DNA of 64,000 bases from assembly GCA_905178155.1 (NCBI GenBank), contig CAJINV010000001.1:15004142-15068141 (forward strand), in the 5' to 3' direction. Within the stretch, counting starts at the first letter, position 1. The number at the start of each line of letters is the position of its first letter. The notes under the pieces are model-generated. The model saw only the letters and a program-made list of their open reading frames with translations, was not told where the DNA came from and searched no databases. Below are positions 51,645 to 60,770 of the stretch, piece after piece. Both the position numbers and the translations under genes were made by a program. Source of the stretch: Amoebophrya sp. A120 (Eukaryota > Protista > Dinoflagellata).

Positions 51645-52705
51645 CTCCGGGATTGCGTTTTCCGGTTAATACGGTGTCAAAACGTGCATTTTGGATAAGA
51701 CGCCCGCACTGGCAGCACTTCAGATCACCATTGCGGAAGCAGTTGGCGTTCTTGCACAGAGTGTGAGTGAAGCATGGGGCCAATCATTCGCATTAAAACA
51801 ATTGGCATGAAGCAAATTCATGAAGATCCCAAAACTTGAGGGAAACGGTACAAACAATTACTTTCTTTTCATTTTTTTATACAAGTCGTGCGTCGCTTTC
51901 AAATAAGTAGGTGTGGAGGTTTACTGACCAAAAATTACACTTTTATACAAAGGTCTAGTTGTTCTTTTTTGTCGCCCGCGCAGTTGTCCTATAAACCACT
52001 CAATCTCAAAAGCAAAACATGTTCCGCGAAAAACAATGATCGGCGTTGATACATGTGCTGTGATCTTATGCGATCTAAATCTATCAACTTTCGCTACTAA
52101 AACTAATGTATCTTATCATCAACAAAATAAATAAAATCAACAAGAATAAGTCTAACGAAATAATGTCACAAAACGTCACTGGAAAAAGTTGCAAATTTCG
52201 TTGACTTCGAAAAGGATCTCACTCACAGACAAGTGTTGCTAAAAAATTCACTCAGTTGGGGATCTTGATCCATTTTTCATCTGGTGATCCTTGGTTTGGT
52301 ATTTCATTCGAGCAGGATCGATGTTTTTACTGCTGCGCTGTTCTCAAGCCTGCGCCTTCTCCTTCGCGTGCTCAGGACCACACATATACTAGATTTAAAT
52401 CAATGCAACGCGAAGAATTCATCCACGTTTCGAACACCACTGCTCATCACCAGGAACTGCCTCCCGCCGCAGGACTAGAACTTTCATGTCATTTCCTCAC
52501 ATTTTTTCATCGATTGCAAACACCCTTCGGTCGTCGACTCTGAAAATGAAAAATGAAGCTAGCGCGCTGCGTAGTTGGATAAGTATTACGTATGGTTCTT
52601 GTTTGGAAACAAGAATTTTTGCGACAGTCCGCAGGTTCTTTCACTGTGCCCACGACGAACTGTCTTGGGGTGAGACAACATACTCTCTTCCATGTCGTGC
52701 GGCCT

Positions 52706-55392
52706 TCACGGTTTTTTATCTGCGAAAGCAGACAAGTCCACGTTACCCATGGTCTCGTCCTGTTCCTCGTCTGAGTCTTCCTCGTCGTCATCCCTTTCGT
52801 ATGGATTGCAAAAATGTCTGGGTCTGGAAGATTGCAACTTGTCATGCTAAAGCCGAATCATGCAAAAATCTGTGTTGCACGACTGCCAAAAGCTGTCCAC
52901 TTTCGACCAAGTTGGGAGGGAGTTTCTCATGCAGGATAGGCATGGCAGAGACCTCACAGACTCTGTCATGCTAGGTCCCGCATGCCAGACCTCATGGGTC
53001 ATGGAAAACCTGCATGACAAGTTTACACTCTTCCAGACCCAGACATTTTTGCAATCCATATTTCGGCGTCGGAGGCAACGTCGCGTTCCAGAATTTCGTC
53101 GTCACCGCCTTCCTGCACCTCGGGTTTGCTCTTCAGGACAAAAACGCCTGTGTTTGGTGATGAAGACAACAACATTTTTACTTATGTGGAGGTTTTTACA
53201 GATAAAATTCATGACGCGCCTTTGGGTGGAACAAACCAAGCTACTCTGGCACTTCATCTCGGGGGTGCGATGAAAAAATGAATGCAAATGCATGAACTTG
53301 GCCCCGTGGTGGAAAACAATAAATTAACCGTATGTATACCTCCCTTCTTTTCGATGGTTGATTTGATACGGTCCAGCGCAGCATCGATTTCTTGCATGCC
53401 GGCCTCCTTTCCCACCGATTGCGTGGTGACGTCGTAGTGTGGTGGAGCGACCACTTTGATGGCAATCTGCCCCATGGTTGACCCCTCTACTTTCGCTGCC
53501 TCGCCCTGATTATGGATTGCAAAAGTGTCTGGGTCTGGAAGGTTGGAACTTGTGATGCTAACTTTGGACTCTAAAAAATTTTGTATTGCATGACCAGCAA
53601 GGGGAGTCCGGTTTGTGCTACGCGTGCTGGAAGGCATTTGTCATGCGGAATAGGCATCAGGAAGGCCTCTGAAAATCTGTGATGGTAGGGCTGCCATGAC
53701 AGACATTCTGTGTCATGCAAAAACAGCATAACAAATTTCGGATTCTTCCAGACCCAGACATTTTTGCATTTGATACTGATCCAGTCCCGCGAGAAGGGCT
53801 TCCTTTACGGCATCAATGCTATGGATGTGTCAGAGTTGAAATCGACAAAGTTGAAAGAGTTTGTGATGCATAAAATGTAGCCCACAAATTTCCTGTCTTG
53901 CAGAGTAGGCAAGTGAGGCAGATTGTAAGCCTGTTGAGGTGTAGAAACTGAGCTGCTGAAGTTGCATGACAAAGGCAGTCTTCTGTGCCCAAACAGCATG
54001 ACAAATTGGATTCCGGTGCTCGGACAATTTGTCATGCGCCACTTGAAAACTAGGCGCCAACTGGTGCCCGTTTTACGCATCACAAATTATTTCAACTTTG
54101 ACGATTTCAAACCTGACGCTTCCATAAATGCCCTCGATTTCGTAGCAGTAGACCTGAAATTGGATAACTTTATAAAAACGATTCTACTACTTCTACCCCA
54201 ATCCCCATACTAGGATGTTGATCATCTACCGCAAAAACAAAAAAAATCGTTGCTGAAACTACAACAAGTTGTAGCTCTATTCACTATTCTATTACCTCGA
54301 TCTTTGCTTTGAGCTTGATGGCCTGCGGGGTCAGCTTCTTCTCGATGATCTGCAGCATGTTCTTGAAAACCTTTTCTGGGACATCCATGTCCCCAAAAAT
54401 GCCTTCATCTCTGGAGTTGATGTAGCTGTTGAATTTATTTGTGAATCTTCATGACATCGTGTAGAAAAATCCGCACGACACCTTGCCGATAGTTGTACCC
54501 ATCTGTCGCGAAGAGAATGCGAAGAAATTTATTATTTTGCACCGCGCAAAACGTCTTCCTGGTGAATCACTTGCAAGTTGCAGCCATCAACATCATCTGC
54601 CAACAAAAATCATCAGAAGTACTGTTTGAACGCGTCCACAGCGTGCGGGTACTTCTTGTACAGCGGCCATGCGATTTTCTGGCACAGCTCCTCGCACGGA
54701 ATCTGGTGCACGGCAGAAAGTTGTCGCATCGTGGAGTGGACCAACTTTGACTTGGTGTATCTCTGCAAGAAAGTTGCTCGGTCGTCGGCATTCACACGTC
54801 TTCGGCTCATATCCAAGTGACCTGAGTAAATTTGTAGAATTTGTTTGAAATACTCCATGCAAAAAAACGCGGCTGTTAGACAAAGGAAGTTGTGCATTCA
54901 GCTTCCTAGGAGGTGAGTTAGTACTTCTCATAACGTCGTGAAATATTAAAATATTCAACCTAATACCTCTTTCCTTGTCCACACGGAGCACCAAGCAGAC
55001 GCAAAATTGTCCGACCCGAATCTCCTTCAACATGGATCGAATTCGCCTTGTGCTGACTTCGGAAAACAGGATCATACCCTCCAGACCTGTTGTTGATGGT
55101 AATAGAAGAAAACTTTTTCAACAAATGTCCGCAGAAATTTCCGATAGCAAGAAGATTATATGTGCATTATTTCACTGTCCAATCATGCCGATCCAATGTC
55201 GGAAAAAAACCGCGGACCTGAGTATTCCAGACACTGCACGTAGGCGGACGTTTCTGCGACGCGAAGCACTTTCACCATCACCAGCTCGTTTACATTCGGC
55301 ACGTCATTTTCGTAGAACCTGGGTTCTTTGTTCCGCTTGAACATATTCCGCTCCTCATCCGGAATCTCGTCAGCGCCCGGAAGAACCACCAT
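52706..55392 (-). CDS. EIF2S1: translation initiation factor eIF2 alpha subunit (9 exons; 3 introns are TIR elements)
   Basis: Motifs RFYEND.P..NELVMVKV, EGMILFSEVSTRRIRS, GHLDMSRRRV, IAWPLYKKY, LTPQAIKLKAKIE|VYCYEIEGI|DAVKEALLAG and VVAPPHY, plus an acidic tail ending AFADKKP* (52706). Confidence 0.95.
52800..53060. mobile_element. introner element, TIR family A, inverted copy (261 bp), TSD TTTCG
   Basis: Perfect 32-bp TIR TATGGATTGCAAAAATGTCTGGGTCTGGAAGA. TTTCG at 52795-52799 and 53061-53065. The interior is the reverse complement of the 19897 and 57255 copies. Removal gives SDAERDDDEED. Confidence 0.96.
53511..53775. mobile_element. introner element, TIR family A (265 bp), TSD CTGAT
   Basis: Left TATGGATTGCAAAAGTGTCTGGGTCTGGAAG, right CTTCCAGACCCAGACATTTTTGCATTTGATA. 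CTGAT at 53506-53510 and 53776-53780. Removal gives AGLDQGEAAK; retention hits an in-frame stop. Confidence 0.95.
53820..54126. mobile_element. introner element, TIR family C (307 bp), TSD AATGC
   Basis: TIR TATGGA....TCAG..TTGAAATCG.CAAAGTTGAAA. AATGC at 53815-53819 and 54127-54131. Splits the conserved EGI|DAVK motif of eIF2-alpha; retention hits an in-frame stop. Confidence 0.96.
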
Positions 55393-56014
55393 TTTCGGAA
55401 AACTGTGTTTGCCAGATGAAATAAACGGTGTCTATGCAGTAAAAAGGTAAGTGCGAAGGAGGAGGAAATCTAGCGAAGTTGTAGGAATAAATTGGACTAA
55501 TACTCTAATTTTGTGAAACTAGAACAACCAGCCAGTGCGTAAAAATACAGAGCCTGGATTGCGAATGCAAGATCAGATGCGAATTCAAGTGCTAAAACGG
55601 AACATCTGGGGATCGTTGTGCTGGTAGAGAAAAAAACTCAAACTACAGATCTGATTTACATTCGCGCAGAAAAAGGGAGCTGCCTCACGCGTCTGCAGCC
55701 GGAAAGTTGATCGCAATGTCCACAAGAAAGTAAAACTGGTGAGATCTTCGTCCCGCATAGGTGAATATTTGGGATTCGTTGAAAAAGCTGTCGCACTTTT
55801 AGATCTTTTTTCTACATCGAGCCATGGAACAAAGAAATGGGTAATCTCAGCAACGTAGAAGCAGCTGCGGAGCTTCTTTATTTTGAACAGCAAACAAAAC
55901 TGTGCAAGTTGCATATATTTTTTTATTTTTTTCGCGAAGTTTTACGTATATCGATCTCGATGTGCAAAAGTTCAAGTTGGGAAAAGAAAACAGAGCAGCT
56001 CAGCAAATGCAAAA

Positions 56015-59000
56015 TCACGCCGCCTCTTCGCCACTGAGAATGCTGAGCGCGTCTTTGAGACCATCGATCTCTTGCTCCCTGCGTTTTTTCGCCTCCTCCG
56101 CACTGGGTCCAGCGCAGGTCTGCTTCAGTTCCAGCGAGTAGTTTTCCACGTAGCTCAGCTCTTTCAGCTTCTCCTCCCGGTCGGTGTTGAGGTTATTCAA
56201 CAAGGTTTTTTGTTTCTCCATGCGTCGTTGCAAAAACAGGTTGCTTTTCTCCAGCTCCGCCTTCGCAAGCTTCTGCGTGGCGACAAACTGGTCAAACAGA
56301 GCCCGGTCGCGCAAATCTGCCCCACGGACCACGAACAGCTTCAGCATCTGGTTCTCGGCGACTTTCTCCACCAGCGCCAGCGCCCGCCGCCAGCTGTCGA
56401 CGGTGACCGGGCTGATGCGCAGACCAATCGACTGGTCGGATTCTTGGTTTTCCTCCTCCCGCTCGAGGTTCTGTTCTTCTTCCCGAACCTCGTCTTCAAT
56501 TTTCTCATTGACCGCTTTTCGCGACAGTGCCGTCGCTGCGGCGAAAGATGTTGACGTGGTTGATTGCTGCGCTTGTTGGAGAAAGCTCGTGAAAGAGGAT
56601 GTCAGTGTGTTTTGCATTGTTGCTCCTCGTACAGATGAACGTTGGTTCGTGATAATGCTCTTCGCCGCGTTGTTTCCGAACTGCACCAGCCTATTGGACG
56701 ACTCGAGCATTCTCTCGAGATCGTGCGACAAGTCTGGCGGCGCAGCGATGGTGTTCAGCATCGGGAGCTGAGCGAGGGGGACAAGTTCAAACGACGGAGA
56801 GGTGGCACGAGGATCTACTACTGGTGTAAAAACTTCTGTCTGCGGCTGCGGCACTGGGGACAGGATTTGCTGTGGTAATGGCGCTGCCTGCTGCCCAACA
56901 ACAGCAGCGGTCAACGGCTGTACCGGGAGTACAACCGACGAAACAGGCGGCAAACTGCGACCACGCTCCGCTTGCACATTCTCGGCTGCTAGGCCAGCGC
57001 TTTGCGCGATCGCTGGAGCGGATACTACACCAGCCGCAGTCGTAGGCACGACCTGCACACGCCCCTCTGATTTATTTGACACGCCGCCCCCCACTGCTTC
57101 AACCGGCGCAGCAAAGGTCGGCAGGAGATCATGCGGATTTGATGTTACTTCCTCTCCGTTGCCCTCCGCAGCTTTGACGTCTTCCAAGGAGAAGCCGACG
57201 TCCGCACTCCTTCCGCGCACGAAGTCCTCCGAGTCGAATTCGTCATTTTCCCTCTATCAAATGCAAAAGTGTCTGGATCTGGAAGAGTGCGCGATTTGTC
57301 ATGCAGCTTTTCCATGACCCATGAGGTCTGGAATGCAGAACCTAGCATGGCAGATTCTGCGCGATCTCTCTCATGCCTATCCTGCATGAGAAACTCCCTC
57401 CCGACTTGGTCAAAACTGGACGACTTTTGGTAATCATGCAACACAGATTTTTACATGCTTCAGATTTAGCATGACAAGTTGCATTCTTCCAGACCCAGAC
57501 ATTTTTACATTTGATACCCTCGCCTCTTTCGCAAAATGGATGTCCTCCAAAGTGTCCTCGTAGAGCTCCCGCAGCTTCTGCACGACCCTATCCAATTTCT
57601 GCAACTGCGTTTTCCCCGCGTGCAGCAACCCGTCGGAGATTTGCTTGTCATCCGCCCGGAGGTTGCTCGCGTCCTGCACGGCCACGTCGTACTTCGCCAT
57701 CTGATTTCGGTTGTCGTCTTGCGCCAGGCCGTTCTCCCGCAGCGTCTTGTCTACCACACTCATCTGTTGGTCGATGCCCGTCAGCGCCTTGCGGAGTTTT
57801 GACCGCTGCTTGCGGTTTTTCTCCGCCTCGGATTCACACATCGCCTTCTTGTCCTGCGCCGCAGCCATCTCCGTCCTCACCTTGCCGATCATATCCGTAA
57901 TCATGCGCCTCACCTTGTCGAACGGGCCGGCCGCGGTGGTCTGGGACAATAACGCCGCTTGCAGCAGGTCGAGTGGTTTAGCAGCGGCTTGCAATCGGTC
58001 GAAAGAGGGATCGACGCGGCCGCGTTCAGCTGTGTAGTTAAAGGATTCTTGTTCATCCGACTGCAGGGATGTAATGCTGTCTTGTTCACCAGCTTGTTGG
58101 TCATTCGTTTTCCTATTCCTTCCATCTGCGCCTGCCTGCAGGAGTGCGACAGACTTCGTTGTGCTGGTGTCTCCTGTCGTCTCATCGATTTGCTTCTGCA
58201 GCTGCTCCTCTTCTTGTGCGGGGGAGACGAGGTCATCTTCTACGGAAGTTGTGATCAACGACTGTGTCGTTGCAGCTTCGTTAGAAGGAAGACTTTGTCG
58301 ACTCAACGCATCCAGAGCCGCGTTTGCCATGTTGCGCAAGTTCTCAGCCTTCCTCCCGTGATGTTCATGCTTTTTTGCTCCTTCAGCTGTTGCACCAGCG
58401 GCAGTCGCCGTTTTCGACCCAAGTTGCAGAAAGAACGTCGGAGCAGCAGGTGGTGTTTTTTTTTCTGATTCTTGACTGTCACTGTTTCCAAGCTTCACAG
58501 TTGTAAACGGAATCGTGTCGGAAGTCATCACCGGCTTCTCTAGCGGTCCATTCACAACATTATCGACAATATCAAACGCCTTGTCCAAAAGCGCCGAATC
58601 CGTCAACAGAAACTTCTGCTTCTGCAACCGGTCAATGTCAGCGCTTGGGCTGGTGCTAATCGATGCTGGAGGGGGCGACTGCGCTCTTGTTTTGCTTTCG
58701 TCGAGTTTCGTTTCCCGCTTTGCGTTGTCTTTCGAATGATCTTCTACTTTGTGGTCGCCGTGCAGCAGCCACGGCATCACGTCGTGAGTGCTGAAATAGT
58801 CGTTGGTCTCGCTTTTCCTCCAGGGAAGAAGAGAATTGGACTTCTGCTGTTTTGTTGAAGAAGAAGATGACGCGGCCGCTGCAGCAACAGTGCTTGTTTC
58901 CGCTCCGTCTAGCTTACTCGTGCTGCTCGTCGTTTCCTCAGCGTTCTCCCGCATCAGCTTCATCTGTTCGTTGTCGTGCTGTTCCAGGGACAAAAATGAA

Positions 59001-60157
59001 TTGACGCTTTCCTCCGTCTTCCCGAGCATCTTCTCCGCGAAAAAGAAGTCCTTCATCTGCTGTGCGAACTGCTTCGTCGACTGGTCCCACTCGTATTTGG
59101 CAACGCCGCAAAGCACCTCCTGATCCTCCGCCGACTTGCTCAGTTGGTCCAACTGCTTCTCCGCCATGCGCAGGTCGTCTTTGCCGCCCGCTGCCCGCTC
59201 CTCGAGCTGATTGATCTGTGCCAGAGCTTCTTCCTTCCTCTCCTGCAGCTTCTCAGCGGTTTGCTTCGCTTGATGGAGGGCCAGCTGGTGGGGTTTGTGC
59301 ATTTATCGATTTAGTATTTGTGAAGGAGCGTCTTATCTAGGCATCATGATCATCCAGATTGTTTCTTCTCATACCAAGATGGAGGTTTGTTCGAGTTCGA
59401 GCAAGACACATTATACATTTTTCACAAAATGATGCGACAAAACAAAGAGTGCTTGATGCAACACCTCCTGGTCCTTCTTTGCGTCTTTTTTTCTCTTCCG
59501 GACCTCATCGAGCTCCGTTCCCGCGTCTTCCGCAAATTCCTCAACTTTGCCCAGATTGTCCGTCGGAAGCTTCAAAGCTTGCAAAATTTCTCGGATCTTG
59601 TCCTGCGCCGTCGAGGACGGCGATCGCTGCATTTCTGCGGCGCGTAAAAGCTCCGCTAAAACATGCTTCTTCTCCCGCTCCTCCCCCTCAACGCTGCGAA
59701 TCGCCGCCGCCAGGTCCCGCTTTTTTTGCTCCAAGTCCCGCTCCTGACCCTGGATCTTCCCGTTGACTTTCTCCAAAAACCCCGTCCACTTCTCCAGTCC
59801 CTTCTTCACGTCCTTCAACACCTTTTTCGCCGCAACCACGGCCTGGTCGCCTTTCAGCAGGCCGGACTGCAACTGCGGCAACTTGCTCCCACATCCTCGT
59901 TGTTTCCTCTCGAACGCTTTCTTCTCCTTTTCATGCTGGTTGAAGCTCGCTTCCTTCACCTCAAAAAGCGCGGTGAGGATCTCACTCAAAGCATTTCTGG
60001 CCGTCCCAGCGTTCCGGAGCGCCGCCTCTCGCATCGCCGCCTCTTTCGCCTCGCGATACTTGTAGCTTGGGGGCGCAAGGTTTTGAAACCCGATCCCACC
60101 GCATTCCCGCAGCAGGAAGCAGAGCACCGGACATGCTAGGCGAAGAAGACGCTGCAT
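56015..60157 (-). CDS. secreted long coiled-coil protein with FLQ-type motifs (dinoflagellate-type family, possibly extrusome matrix)
   Basis: Signal-peptide-like start MQRLLRLACPVLCFLL. Three ORFs join via a GT-AG intron (59285-59464) and a TIR element (EAR|ENDEF). Motifs TFFLQ, ALLQ, SFLQ, GPFDKVRRMITDMI and C-terminal RREQEIDGLKDALSILSGE. Confidence 0.78.
57255..57516. mobile_element. introner element, TIR family A (262 bp), TSD CCCTC
   Basis: TIR TATCAAATG(C/T)AAAA(G/A)TGTCTGG(A/G)TCTGGAAGA. CCCTC at 57250-57254 and 57517-57521. Sense-strand GT...AG. Joins ORFs 57434..59302 and 56015..57220. Confidence 0.96.
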
Positions 60158-60770
60158 TCTCTCTACTGGGAATGCCTTATTTCCTGTAGGGGTGATCAAA
60201 AACGTCGCAGTACCCAGCACGGGTTGCTACGCAGCCCCGGCAGCCGTACCACAGCCCTGCCCCTGCGCATCTGCTTGCTCAGGCAGAGGCGCGAGGGGCT
60301 CGGCGCCGAACCATCTTTTTCTTCTGGCTGCAAGACCCCGCTTGCATACTGCTAGATGATTTCGGAATGGAAAGCTTCACAACGAGTTGTGCTCACTGCT
60401 GATTATTACATACACGGTTGTGCTACTTCTTCTGGGCATCAAGATCAAATGTTGAGCCTTCATAGAAAATAAACCCGTCGCTCTTGTTCCCTCCAGTCTG
60501 ACACGGTGCACTCTGATCATAGGAACAGGCAGACTGGCAGTCAGGAAGACGAAGATCTTCATCGGGCTGTCCGTGCAATAGCTTTGTTCTTGCAGAGGGC
60601 CGCGGCGTCTCATCATCAATCTTTGCGCTTGAATGTTTTGCTAATGAACATGCCGATGCCGCCGGATCGTGGGAGGTGGTCAGCTTTAAGTTCAACACCG
60701 TTGTTCTTTTCGACCGCCAGATCTGTCCACTCTGTCCGCCAAAACCGAGGCACCAGGCCTCGGCTTACTG

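Noticed and set aside
51645-51783. Cys-rich peptide (LCKNANC...KCCQCGR) upstream of TSG101 as a zinc-finger extension
   Set aside because: It is in a different frame from TSG101, has no supported splice join, and its cysteine spacing does not fit a known finger.
52799-53061. AT...AC boundaries as a U12 minor-spliceosome intron
   Set aside because: The 5' end reads ATATGG rather than ATATCCTT, no U12 branch consensus is visible, and the dinucleotides simply follow from the TSD bases.
19893-57444. Recurrent short ORFs with peptides such as KNVWVWK, KMSGSG, LPDPDIF and FSMTHEVW that look like a protein family
   Set aside because: They are translations of the family A element and its TIRs in different frames and strands, not genes.
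59285-59464. Intron start (VLHQA-coding) resembling the next exon start (LALHQA), suggesting intron birth by duplication
   Set aside because: Only 8 identical nucleotides (CATCAAGC), which could be chance.
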